A stretch of 64,000 bases of DNA from Neocallimastix sp. 'constans' (taxonomy: Eukaryota), in the NCBI GenBank assembly GCA_050613775.1, contig JBODTK010000010.1, positions 124,001-188,000 of the forward strand, read 5' to 3'. How positions within the stretch are numbered: the first letter of the stretch is position 1; the number at the start of each line of letters is the position of its first letter. A model generated the notes under the pieces. That model ran no database searches, had not been told where the DNA came from, and worked only from the letters and a program-made list of their open reading frames with translations. Below are positions 37,048-51,440 of the stretch, one piece after another. Position numbers and translations under genes: made by a program.

Positions 37048-38150
37048 AATGGTAAACTTTTACTGGGATAGAGATATGGTAGGAAAAAAAAAAATCAATC
37101 AAAGCTAAAACCTAAAAAGAAAAATTATTTTTCGAGATAACCAGACATTACCTTTAAGTCCCACTTTTAAGCATTCTGAATTTAGTAATGGCTTCCGATG
37201 GGTATTTCGTGCCAGATATGGATATAAATTTGATGCTACTGCTGCTGCCAAAGCCGTCAAGCATGATTGAAGACGACCTGTCCAGAACAATGTCCTTATT
37301 GTTGTTATAGAGAAAAATAATAATCCTCGCACGTTTTTGGAACATTTGTTTTTCTAAATGCTATCTTTTCCGTGAATTTCGAATGAAATATTTTAAGGAT
37401 ATTGAAATTCTTTATGAGGTATTTTATATTATTTCTAAATATTGTCCAATATCTAATAGTAATGTAAACACTGTTATCACAGATATGAATAATATAGAAT
37501 CAAGTACTACTGATTCTGACTGTAGTAACTAAAATGTATACTATTAATAATAATAATAATTAATAGAAATAATATTGTTAATAGCAGTTATATTAGTGAT
37601 AGAAAAAAAAAAAATAGGAATATTAGTATTAATGATAATGAAAATGATAATATTGTTACTAATAATTTAGTGAATAGGTCAATTGGTGAAAATTATGTTA
37701 ATATAAGAAAATTTTTGAATAATGAAAGTGTAAAATTTATAAGTGACGTGGTAACGATTATATATAACTTCCTTTTTGGTGGAAGGGATTGCAGATATTG
37801 TTGATTTAAATTAGAAAAAAAAAAAAAAAAAAAGAATGGGATGTTATTTGTTTTAAGAACCAAATCATTTCTGGTGATTATTCTAAAACGTCATTCTTGG
37901 TGTGATCTACAAGCTCTCTTTGCAGAAATTATGCCTCGGGCTTGTACTCGACAAGAGTTGCTGTTCCGACGACGACGACGGTATTAGCTCAAACTAAAAA
38001 AAGGGAACGTCAATGCTGAAAATGTAGTTAAAGATAGGCTAGTAGGGTCAATGCCTCTGAAGGAGAAGATTCATAATTTCTTTTATTTTAGATAGTCAAT
38101 TCAAACCCTAATCCATAAGGAGGGGAGGTTCATTGCCTATGAACTTTTTT
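35280..38150 (+). mobile_element. Decayed non-LTR retrotransposon (LINE, family B), RT domain to 3' end
   Basis: RT motifs in shifting frames: GPDDIPMELFKAL (35393), WNNELMVSIHKKGNPADCNNY.ISL, KKAYDSVP (35917), GARQ..LFNLFI (36107), GGLFADGIV (36224); then zinc-knuckle remnant, YNFLFGGR, NVNAE; no endonuclease seen. Confidence 0.92.
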
Positions 38151-39119
38151 TCTGAATTTATTTATACACTTATTTTTTGATTATTACTTTTTTATTTCAC
38201 GTTACTATTTCTTTATTATTATGTTCAATTGGACAAATAATTTTTTTATTTATTTTATTAATTCTGTGTTTTTTTTTTTTTTTATTTTTTATTAAAATTA
38301 AAAGTATTCATGTATTTTATACAAGAATAAATAAATAAAGATTAAAGTTTGCAATAATTGCGGCTATAAAAAAAAAAAAAAAATTACACCAAATTAGAAA
38401 AAAAAATATATATATATATTGTTAAAATAATCACATTTTATTTTATATTTTTATATTATTAATATTATATTTTTATATTCTTATATTATTATCAATATTA
38501 TATTCTTATCTTATATTAATATTTTATTCTTATACTTTTATGTTGTGTAACATTTATCTATGTGTATTAATTCATAGAATTATCACATGATTAAATATGT
38601 AATTCTTACTATAAAAAATAATTATTTTTATTATCTTAAAAAAATGAGTTCTCTACATTAATAAAATTTATGTATTAAATAAATACAAAAATAAATAAAG
38701 TTTATTATAAAAAAACACACATACTTTTCTCATATATATATATATTTATATATATTTATTTATTTATTTATATTTGTGTAGGTATGCATGTATATATATA
38801 TATTTTTTTAATAATAAAAATTTTTTTTTTTTTTATTTTATTCTTTTATTATTTATTATTATTAGAAAATTTGGAATTTATATGATAATTTTATTAAATG
38901 AATATATTATGATTAAGGGTTATTTTGAGTTAACTAAAGAATTAAACTTATACAAATTTACATATATTTATATGTTTACATTGTGGCTTTTACATTTAAT
39001 TTATTACAATATACATTAATATATTTGATGTATTGAATATACTTCAATAAGCTATTTAATATGTTCATAATAAATATGACACTTTTTCATATGTTTTCAC
39101 ATATTCTATCAATTATATT

Positions 39120-39390
39120 TCTTATTTATTTATTTACTTATTTATTCATAGTTATATTTATTTATTTATTTATTTATATTCAAGTTATATTTATTTATTT
39201 ATTTATTTATTTATTCATAGTTATATTTATTTATTTATTTATTTATTCATAGTTATATTTATTTATTTATTTATTCATAGTTATATTTATTTATTTATTT
39301 ATTTATTCATAGTTATATTTATTTATTTATTTATTTATCTATTCATAATTATATTTATTTATTTATTTATTCATTGTTATATTTATTTAT
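39120..39390. repeat. Minisatellite: ATTCATAGTTATATT core plus variable (TATT)n
   Basis: About 8 copies. Confidence 0.85.
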
Positions 39391-39394
39391 TTAT

Positions 39395-39530
39395 TTTATT
39401 TTATTTTATTTTATTTTATTCAATCTGTACTTTATATTCATATTCTACTATTTATTTTATTTTATTTTATTTTATTTTATTCCATCTGTACTTCATATTT
39501 ATTTCAACTATTTATTTTATTTTATTTTAT
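39395..39530. repeat. Inverted copies of the 28.7-kb satellite core
   Basis: ttcaatctgtactttatattcatattctacta with (tttta)n, two copies. Confidence 0.85.
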
Positions 39531-40105
39531 TTTTATTTTTATTTTTATTTTTATTTAATTCATTTCATATACCAAAAAAAAAAAAAAAAAATTATCCATC
39601 CCATGATTTTTTTTTTTTTTTTTATGATGTATTAATAATAATACAGAAAAAAGTAAATATATATAAACAAAATATAATATAATATATAATATTATATAAT
39701 ATTATATGTGGATGTATGACTAAACAAGAAAAAAAAAATTTTTTTTAATAATTATTAATTATTATTTTTTTTTTTTATTTTAAATTTTATTTTATTATTT
39801 TATATTTGTATTACTAAGCAATGTCATAATTATATAATTAAATAATAAATAATTAAATAAAAAATAATTAAATAATTAAATAATTCAATTATAAATAATT
39901 AAATAATTAAATAATAAAATAATTTAAATAATTAAATAATTTAAATAATTAAATAATTAAATAATTAAATAATAAAATTATTTAAATAATTAAATAATTT
40001 AAATAATTAAATAATAAATAATCCTATTAAAAAAAAAAAAATATTAAAAAAATGAATTTCATTTTGACCATGTTACAATGATAATTGATTTGTTCCACAG
40101 ATTAA

Positions 40106-40165
<60 letters not shown>

Positions 40166-40913
40166 TTCCTTTAATGAACCTGTTTAAAGTTTTTTTTTCT
40201 TTTATTTCTTTTTTTTATTTTAAATGGTCAATTTATTTATTTCTTTATTCATATTCATATTCATATTCATATTCATATTCTTATTCTTATTTTTAAAATA
40301 GGAATAAACTTTACTTTATTTAATTATATTAATTGAAAAAAAAATTAAAATTAAAAATAAAAAAAAAAAAAAAAAAACTATGGTATGAGTTTTGAGGAGG
40401 AGGAAGGGAAAGGAAATGATCTTAAACTCTATATGAATAAAAATAAATAAATAAATAAATAAATAAAATAATCATTTGAATTTATATTAAGATTTTTTTT
40501 TTTTTTGCCTTATTGTTTGTAACTGTTGATGCTCTTAACAACGGTAGGAAGGAAGGAAGGTAGGTAGGTCTAATGGTATATAAATTGATCACAATATATA
40601 ATATAAAAAAAATATATGATATAAAAATATTAACATTATACCATACATGAATGATTCTATTGAAAATAATAAATATATATATATACAAAGACTTTTTTTT
40701 TTTTTTTAATAAAATTTTATAAATAAATTTAATTTATTCGGTTTTATTAAAATTTTATTAAATTTTATTTATTAAATTCATTTTTTTACAATAATATAAT
40801 ATATTATTAGTTAATATTATTTTATATTCATTTATATTCATTTTTACATTTATATTTTTTTAAAATTTTTTTATTTTTTTTTTCTTTTTTCTTTGATTGT
40901 TTTTCTTTATTAC

Positions 40914-40949
<36 letters not shown>

Positions 40950-41905
40950 TTCTAAATTTGGTTATTTGTTCGTTTACTTGTTTGTTTGTTTGTTTTTCCT
41001 TAATCTAATTTTTTTAATTTTTATTTTTTTTTATTTGGTATTGTTCTTTTCTATATTAATTTTCTAGATAGTTTTATTAATTTTTATTATTATTATTATT
41101 ACTATTTTTTTTGTTTCTTTTCTTTTTTTTATTTCCTTTTTAATTATTACTTTAATTATTACTTTTTTTTTTTTTTTTAACAAAAAAAAAAAAAAATTAA
41201 TATATTATCTGCAATATATTGTTCTTAAATAATGTGATTATAAGTTTTGGCTTTAATTTCATTTGTTATTATTTAAATTTTTATATTAAATTTGTTCAAT
41301 CTTTTTTTTTTTTTTTTTTTTTAATATCAAACTTAATTTATTTATTATATACATAAAAATATTTTTATTTGTTTCATTTAAAGTAAAAAAAAAAAAATTC
41401 CTATTCTAAAAAAAAAAAAATTACATATATTCTTAATTATTTATATTAAAAATTATATTTTTATATAATAAATTTAAAATGTTTTTTCTTTTTTTTTTTT
41501 TTAAAAAAAAAAATAAGAGTAAAAAAACTAATAACATTTACTGTCTAAACTTTACTTTTTACTAATATATTGTATGAAATTTCCAAATAAAATGGGATTA
41601 TAACGATTAATGTTGAAAAATAAAAAAACATAAAATAAAAATAAAAATAAAAAATAATGATTATAAAAAAAATCTTGTGCAACAAAATTTTTTTATTTTA
41701 TTTTTTATTTTTATTTTAACTTTTTTTTTTTTTTCATTTATATTCATTAATTTTATTGAGGTCATAGTCTGGTTGGTAATCTTTAAAATTGGTATACATA
41801 ATAGTTCCTTGTCTTGTACTATAATTTTAATTTTTTTTTTTTAAAAAAAATATAAAGGAAAAAAAAAAAAAACTACTCATATCTTTTTTTTTTTTTTGAT
41901 TTAAT

Positions 41906-43537
41906 TTACTTTCTTAAATAGGTCCATTCATTACCCATATTAGGATTATAATCATCATAATTTGATATATTATTATTTTTTCCATAATTTTCATAACTAT
42001 TATTTCTTCCAATATTAATCTTTGGTTTTCCATAATGTAATAAACTGGTTTGACTATTTACCAATGTATTAGTATTATTATTTAATGAATTTAAATTAGT
42101 ATAGTATAACTTGGAATTAATATTTACTGGTTTACTAATTTTGGCGGGGGTACTTAAATTATTACTGCTAAAGTTATTTGAACTGTATGGACCACCAGTA
42201 GTAACACTTGTAGTTTCTCCTAAACTTGAACCATCCCTAGAACGGAAAAGTAAAATTTGATCTATGAAAATCATATAATATTGAACATTCGAAATTAGCA
42301 ATCTAACATCTTCAAACGAAAAATTCAAATTAGAATACTTTTCACTATCTCGAAAAAGATAATAGTATTTGTAAATTAAAGTAACAGAAACAATAGGTAA
42401 ACCAATAACACCAATAAATGCAGAAATGGCCATTCTGTATTCTGAAATGGATCTAAACTTCTTTAAGAATCCAAAAGAGGCCTTGGATCTATTAAAGATT
42501 TGTCTTTTTAAAACTAAATAAACCGTAAGATCATAAATAAATGAAGATAATATAACAAATCCTTGGAATGCCCAATAGATGTTATAAAATCTATTCTTTT
42601 TATCTTCATCAAAAGCACCATTATCTTTATATAATCTCGTTGGTAATTCAGTCCAATGTAAAATAATTAAAGCAATTTTTGATAAATTAAATAATCCACA
42701 AGTTATATACACAAACCAAATTGACTTTTGTTCTCTAGCAACAGCTCTTGTTCGAAGTAATGGGTACCAATCACCCGCTATTTCACCACCATACCAGAAA
42801 ATATTACCAATTTGTCTTGTTAATAGCCATCTTAATGGATGATACTCTACTGAAACATCACTACCTTTACATGCTCCACTATCATCTTTATAATAATAAC
42901 TACCCATTAATGGACCAATTTGTTCCAATATATCACCAACAACACTATTAAAATATTTTTAAAATAAATTAAAAAAAATTAATTACATTTATTAGTTTTT
43001 TATCTATCTATCAGTTTTATATATATATATAATTTTTTTTATTTCATTTTTTTTTTTTAATTTTTAAAAATATATATATATCTTTATATAATTTATTAAT
43101 TTATAATAATAAATATATTCAATTTTTTTTTTTTGCTCTTTTTATATATATATATATTACCGTAAAATATAGTGAGCTAAAATAAGTTTCATTACTGGTT
43201 TTCTAAAGTTGAATTTGTGTAATATGAGTAATAATAAGGTCCAATAAAAGAACTGAGATTGAAGTGGTTTTGCAAAAGCATATATTATTAATCTTATAGT
43301 ATTAATTGTACTATCTAACTGACCAACTTCATCTTTTAGCATTACATCCTGTATGAAACATTCATAACTTGTTCCTCTACTAAATAACCAATCGGCAACA
43401 CTAGCTTTGGATGGATCACTAATGAATTTACTTTGAAGGTTTGCATTATCTAAGAATGCTTGATTATATTTTTCAACTTCTTGGACATATTCAGTTATAT
43501 TAAAACTTTTCGCGTAATCTTCAGGTGTAACTAACAT
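41906..43537 (-). CDS. Two-exon seven-transmembrane, GPCR-like membrane protein (~471 aa); exons 43537-43161 and 42944-41906
   Basis: aaaATG at 43537; intron 43160-42945 with GTAATA donor and TAG acceptor joins the two ORFs in frame (HYILR|VVGDILEQ); about seven hydrophobic segments, basic third loop, S/T/N-rich tail. The GPCR label is inference. Confidence 0.85.
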
Positions 43538-46215
43538 TTTCAACTATTTATTTTTCTTTCAAAAAAAAAAAACTTAAAAATTAAAGTGTTTTTTCTTTAT
43601 AAAATAAAAAAATTAAAAATTTTATTTCATATATTCAGTATGAAAAATATTATTTCTTTTTTATAAAAATTTTTTTCTTTCTTTTAAAAACTTATTTTAA
43701 ATTTAAAATAAGACAAGATTAAATTAAAACTATTATTTAATTTTAATTAAATTTATATATTATTAAAATAGTTTCTTCCTTTTTTTTTTATTTATTTGAA
43801 AAATAATATTTCTTCACTTTTTCTTTTAAATATTTAATTTTAAAATAAAAAAATAAAGAAATTTATAAAAATTATTTCAAAACTAATTACTTTTTTTTTT
43901 TTTAATATTACTTTATTATATTAATACTTCAATTTTCAAAGTTTCATAAAACTTTTCTTTTTTTTTTTAAAAAAAAATAATATACAGTTAATATATTGTA
44001 ATGCGTTATTATTAATTATATATATTTTTTTATTATTATTAAAAAAATATTAATTGAAATATTTTTTATTATTTAAATTTTCTAGTATAAAAAGATAAAT
44101 GCGTAAGACTATATTTTTCTTTTTTCTTTTTTTTGTATTGTATATATGTTTTATATATATATCTAATTTTTATTATACAATATTTTAAATTTTTCTCTTT
44201 TTTTTTTTTATTGTTATAATATATTTTTTTTTTATTTTATTTTTTATTAACTATAATATACATTATTAGAAAAGATAAGAAAAAAAAAAAAAAAAAACTA
44301 TTTCAATATTTTTACAATAAATTTAACAATCTTTTAAAAAATGAAACAAATTTTTATAAAGAAATTTTTTTTTTTTACAATTTCAAAAAAAAAAAGAAAA
44401 AAAGAAAAAAAAATAAAAAAAAAATGAAAATTTAAAATAAAAAAAAAGAAGTTGGGTATTGAATGGTATATATACTTTTTTATTATTATTATTAATTTAT
44501 TTAAACGAATTCAATTTCATATTTCTAAACTTTATTTATTTATTTTATATTAATTATTAAAATTTATTCAACTCAAATATATATAAAGAATTTATATTAT
44601 TTTTCTTTTTTTTATATTAGAATACTCTTAACTAAATAATCTTATTTAATAAAATTGTGAAATAAATTATTTATTAAATTTTTTTTTTTTTAATTAAATC
44701 CTTTTTAATATTAAGATAATTCCAAATAATTTATTTTAGTAATATATAAAATATATTTATATTTATAAAAAATATATATTTATTTTATATTTTATAAATA
44801 TATTATCAATCAATAATAATATATTTACATTTATGATTTAATTAAGAAGTATAACAGTATAACAATTAAGAAATGTCCTTTTAGTATTTTCCAATATATT
44901 TATTAATATATTAGCTTTAGTATATAGTAAAAGTTTATCAATTTATTAAAATGTAATAATAATTTAAGTTTTCAATATATATTCCGAATATAATCAGTAT
45001 ATATTCCAATATATTGAATTATACTATTTAAAAAATATGTCATAATGGAAAAAAACCGAGAATTGAGTATATTATACGTTAGTAATATATAGTAAGATAT
45101 AGTTACTAATATATACCAATTAAGATATAATTTATTTTAATTTTAATATAATGAATAGATATTACTCATTAAATATTATATAATAGTAATATGGAGAATA
45201 AAATTTATAATTATTAAGGTTATAATTTATATTTTTTTTTTAATATATAAAAAAAATCTTTTTTTTTTTTCATAGTTTTACAATTTTTTTTATAAAAGTT
45301 TATATTAAGGCATAAATCAAATTTTATTAATTTATAAGGTTTACAGTCAACATTTAAATTGAATACAAAGTCTTAATTCAAAGATTTAATTGGTCTCATA
45401 TTGAATCTAATTAAATAAATAAATGAAAGTAAATAAATAAATGAAATTAACTTTTTTTTTTTTAATATACAAATAAATATATATTAAAAAAATAATTATT
45501 AATATTATTATTTTTTTTTAATTAATATATATAACATGACATAATAAAATTTTTTATGAAAAAAAAAAAAAGTATTTTCTCTTATATTTAAATTGATTTA
45601 TTATAATTATAAATTATTATTCTCCATCACTACAAACAATATTAAATAATTAAAAAATTTTAAAAAAAATTAACAAATTAAATAATAATAATAATAATTA
45701 TACATAAAAAATAATTTAAATTAATAAAATAAAATATATATATATAATTATAAACATTGTGGAGATATGTAAAATTAATAGTAATTATTACCACTACATT
45801 TTATATATCAAAAGCAAAGAGTTATATAATGATAATAATAAAAATAATAATAATAATAGTTGGATTAATAATTATAATTATAAAATAAAACTAGTATACT
45901 TTATTTTGAAAATAAAAAAATAAAATATAAAATAGTTTTGATTAAATTAATTTAAATAAAATAAAATATATAATTATTTCATATATCATTAAACCTTAAC
46001 ATTTAAATAATAAATAATAAGTAATATAATTCGTCTTGGTATTATTAAAGGGAGAATCTTTAAAATATTTGTAAATTAGCTATTGTAAATCAAATAAATA
46101 GGAAAAAATTATGTGACTGAATAACTGCAAAAAGGGATAATTATTTATTGAGTAACAATAAAAGGATGAAAAAATTATAGAATATAATTATTTAAAAGAT
46201 AAATAAATATGAAAT

Positions 46216-46250
<35 letters not shown>

Positions 46251-46408
46251 ATGGAATAATTATTCCTTTCTATTAACTTTAATACTAATAAATGTGAATT
46301 CATAATGATATCAATTTATAAAAATAAAATTAAAAATAAAAAATAAAAAATAAAAAATAAAAAATAAAAAAATAATAATAATAAATAAATAAATAAATGA
46401 ATAAATTT

Positions 46409-46615
46409 AAAAATTTCATGTATATTTTTTTTTATATAATAAATATCATGAACTAATATATACAGAAATAGAGAATAATAATTTTTTTTTCCTTTTTTTT
46501 TATTTTAAAGAAAATTTCATGTATATTTTTTTTAAATATCATGAACTAATATATACAGAAATAGAGAATAATAATTTTTTTTTTCCTTTTTTTTTTATTT
46601 TAAAGAAATTTTTCA
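46409..46615. repeat. Direct duplication (~100 bp x2)
   Basis: aaatatcatgaactaatatatacagaaatagagaataata occurs twice. Confidence 0.85.
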
Positions 46616-48348
46616 TTATAACATATTTAGGCAAAAAATTTGTAATATATATTATTACTATTACTTATTAATATAAAAATCATTATTTAAATAAAATTTT
46701 TAAAGGTTATTTTTTGTCAGTTATATTAATGATGGAAAATATAATGTTATTCCTTTCACCCCCTTCCCTCCTCGTCCTCTTTTTTTTTTTTTTTCTTCTT
46801 CTTCTTCTTACCATAACATTATTTATACTATTTAAAAATAAAAATTAATAATTAATTAATAATAAATAAATAATAAATAATATATTTTACATTAAAGAGG
46901 ATAAGAATTTTTTGGCAAATTTAAGAAAAGTTCAAAAAATGATTATTATTAATAAGAAAGAAAATTTTTACGCATATTAGAAATATATTATTTGTATACT
47001 ATCATTTATATTAATTATAATAATATACTTCAATAATATATTATCTGTTTATTATTATTCATATTAATTATAATAAACTTTATTAAATAATAAAATAGTA
47101 ACATTTTTATTTTTATTTTTTTTTAAAAAAAAATATATTATTTTATATATGATAAAACTATTTTTAAAAATATATTCTATATATATTATAAAAAAAAATT
47201 ATTTTTTGTAAAGTTACACATAATCATCTTAAAATTGAAAAAAAAAATAATAAAAACAATGATGATGATATATTCTAATATATTCTAATAAATTTAATCA
47301 AAAACGGTTAAGAAAAGAAATTAAAAGTATATAGAAATTTTATATTTATGTCATCTTTTGATGATCCATCCTACAATGACTATAATAGAATATACATTTA
47401 TATGTAAAAATATATATACATATATTTTTTTTTAAATAATGAATATATTTATTATTGAAATTCCTTAGTACTGAAACAATAATTAACCACTATATCAATT
47501 TATAATATTCCAATAAATATCAAAATATTTCAATATCAAAATAAAATATCATTAAATATACTATTATTAAAAAAAAATAGTAAATAAAATTAAATAGAAT
47601 TAAGGTTTAAATTAAAAAAAAAAAAAAAAAAAGATAGTTGTATTTCAGTATTAAGATGAAGGTTTAAGGTTTATAATAAAAGATTTTTTTTACTTAATTT
47701 CTAAAAATTCATATATTATAATAATATTTACAGTATATTGCAATTATAAATTAACAATATAAAGTGTTATATTAAAATATTTAATCATTTTATATTATTT
47801 ATTCAAAAAAAAAAAAAAGTAAATCAAAAATAAAACTTTATATAATAAAGTTTAAAAAAATAAATTAGCCAACTTATATTTTAATATATATATATATAAA
47901 TATATTTATTAATATATTATTGATCAATTTAAAAGTATATAATGCTTTAAGAATATATTAAAATGGATAAAAATATAAAAATACTTTTATTTAATAACAT
48001 TACTATTAATATTAATAAATAATATTTATTTATTTATTTATTTTCAAAAGTTTTTATTATTTATTATATACATTTTGGTTAATGACTGTTCAAAATTGTA
48101 GAATATGTGAAATTCGTTTCATCATTTGCTAACAATACTATTAATGATACTTGTTAGAATCATTTTCATATGAGAATGATGAATTATTTAAAAGAAAAAA
48201 AATTTAGAAAAAAAACTATATATAAAATTTTATATTTTATATTTTATATTTTATTATTATTATTATATTATTATATTATTATTATTATTATTTATTATTA
48301 TTATTTATTATTATTATTATTAATAATATTATTATTATTTATTATTAT

Positions 48349-48384
<36 letters not shown>

Positions 48385-51187
48385 CTTTTTTTTTTAATAT
48401 TGTTTACATTGATTGATTTATTAATTTTTTTTTCTATATAATAAAATTCTAAAATGTAAAATGTTTACCTACATTTTACATCAATGACATAAAATAAAAA
48501 ATTAATTTGTGGTATTTTAATTAATTAATGTTTTATGAATTTTTTTGTATATAAACTTTAAATTTTTTGTTTGTTTGTTTGTTTTCTTTAGTAATTAATT
48601 ATAATATATATAAAATGGAAAAATATTTATACAAAATAATGATTTATTTTATTTAATTTTATTTTATTTTATTTTATTTTATTTTATTTTATTTTTATTA
48701 TATTAATAAAAAAAAAAAAGATTTAAAATTTTAATAATTCTATTAATTAAAAGTCATATTTAATGATTTTAATAATAGAAAGTTTTTATTTTTTTTTTCT
48801 ATTAATTACTATAATGCTATGTTGCAAATTAATAACAAAAAAAAAAAAATTAATTTTATTAGTTACTTTGAAAAATATTTAATTATATGTAATTAAAAAT
48901 CAATGAGAAAGGTATTATTCTACTTTTATTTATTTATTATCCAATAGTCCATTTATTTAAATTTAAATTAATTTAATATAAAATTATTAAATATTAAAAA
49001 TAAATAATAATAACAATAATATACAATATACAACTATTTTTAGAAAAAAAAATGTATTACTCATTCTTTCATTTAACAAAATAATAACAAGGATAGTTGT
49101 ATTATTAACTATGAATTTTTCATTATTATAAAATTAATTATATACAAAATTTCTTTTATTGTTTGTCTTCTTAGGAATTTGTATTTCAATTTAATGGCAA
49201 AAAAAAAAAATAAAAAGCAAAAGAAAGTAAAAAAAAAAAAAAAAAAAAAAAAAGAAAAAAAGAAAGACTTTTAAAGACATTTATTATAAATAAAGTTATT
49301 ATGTACTCTATGAGTGAATAAGTATATATTATTATTATTATTAAAATTTTATGACTAGCATAGTTTTAAAGCTATCAGAAAAAACTATTTTTCTTTTTTC
49401 TTTATATGTATGTAGAGATAAGATAAATAATATTTAATTATTAATTAATTTTTAAATATAATATTTATAGTTTATTGTGATTAATTTTTTTTTTTTACAA
49501 TTTAATTTATTCATTTATTATTATTATTTGTATGTTTTTTTTTTTTTTAATTTTTTAAAACAAATTTAATTTAACTTTTTTTTTTGTTAAAAAAAAATAA
49601 TTTAAATAAAAATAAAAAAGTTTTAATATTATTCCCTAAAAAGGTTTTTATAAATTAAAAAAAATAATCATAATCATAATCAATTATAATCATAATAATT
49701 ATTAATTAATAAAAAATTTTTATTTCCTTTATTAAATTTTTGTTGTATATATCTATATGGAGTCCTTTTTAATTAATAAATATAAAAATATAAAGAAAAT
49801 AGTTTTACCATTTTTATATTATTTGTTTATTTTTTATTTTTTTTTTATATATAATATGATTAATTTATTATTCTTATTTATAAAAAAAATAGATTAACAT
49901 TAAACAATAGATACTTTAAAGCATTAATTAAAAAAAAAAAAAAAGTACTAAAAATTAAAATTCAAAATTTTAAATTTATTTAAAAAAAAAATTTAATTTA
50001 ATATGCTGTAAAATAAATTATTTTATATTATTGTATCTATTCGTCTAATATATTATAATATAGTTTAAAATAATATAATGATATAATATTTTAATTCTAT
50101 TTATTTTTTAAATTTTATTTTTATTTTATATTATTTTATACTATTTTTTTTTTAATTTAATTTATGTCATAATTAAAAAAGTCTAACATTAAAAAAGATT
50201 CACTTTAAACTTTATTAATTATAAATATTGAATTAAATCTTTAGTTGAATGGAAAATTTAATATGTAAAATAAACATATAAAATTAATACTATTTGCAAA
50301 AAAATAAAAAAAAAATTTGAAAAAAATGATGTCATTTAAAATAAAAAAATAAAATAAACTATATAAAATATTAAAAATTTTATACAAATGAAATATTTAA
50401 TAATGTTTTTAATAATACTATAATTATTAGTAATATTTTTTTTATTCTTATTTTAATTTTAATATATGTATATTTATATAAAATGGCATGTTAATAACTA
50501 AAATGAAACATGAATCCAAATAAAGTAATATGTACACTTTTATTTTATTATTATTCTTTTGTATTATTTATTTATTAGTAATACGATATACAATGAAATA
50601 ACATTTTAATCGGTATAATAAAACATGATTTAAGCTATTTTTTTTTTTTTTTGAAATATAAATATATATACATAAAAAAAAATTATTATGTAATAAAAAT
50701 TTAATGATTAAAATAAAATAAAAAAAAAAAAAAAAAGATATAAACACAAAAATATAAAACATTATTAATTATTTGTATAGATATATATATTTTTTCCATT
50801 TTACTAATACTTTAACATATTAATATAGGAATAATTTGTTTTAAGTTATTCTTTAATTTTTTTTTAAATTTTAACGATTTGTATATAACCTATACATGAA
50901 TAAAAATCATGATTATTATTTATTTATTTTTTTTTGAATTTTAACAATTTATATTAACATATAATTAAATAGGAAGTATTAAAGTATTTTTTGAATGAAA
51001 AATAATTATTATTGACATAGATAATAATAATATGTACTATACTCATCCAAATAGTTATTATATGATTTTTTTTTACTTTGTTTTACTTTCTTTTTTTTTT
51101 TTTTTTTTTTTTTTTTCTTTCTTTTCTATGTAATTGAATATATTTTGGTTATTCATTTGTTTTATGATATGAAAGTTTTATTTTATG

Positions 51188-51440
51188 TTATTCAATCTGT
51201 ACTTTAATTATATTCATATTCTACTATTTTATTTTATTTTATTTTATTTTATTCAACCTGTACTTTATATTCATATTCTACTATTTATTTTATTTTATTT
51301 TATTCAATCTGTACTTTAATTATATTCATATTCTACTATTTATTTTATTTTATTTTATTTTATTTTATTTTATTTTATTTTATTTTATTCAATCTGTACT
51401 TTAATTATATTCATATTCTACTTTTTATTTTATTTTACTT
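51188..51440. repeat. Inverted copies (x4) of the 28.7-kb satellite core
   Basis: attcaatctgtactttaattatattcatattctacta with (tttta)n spacers. Confidence 0.9.
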
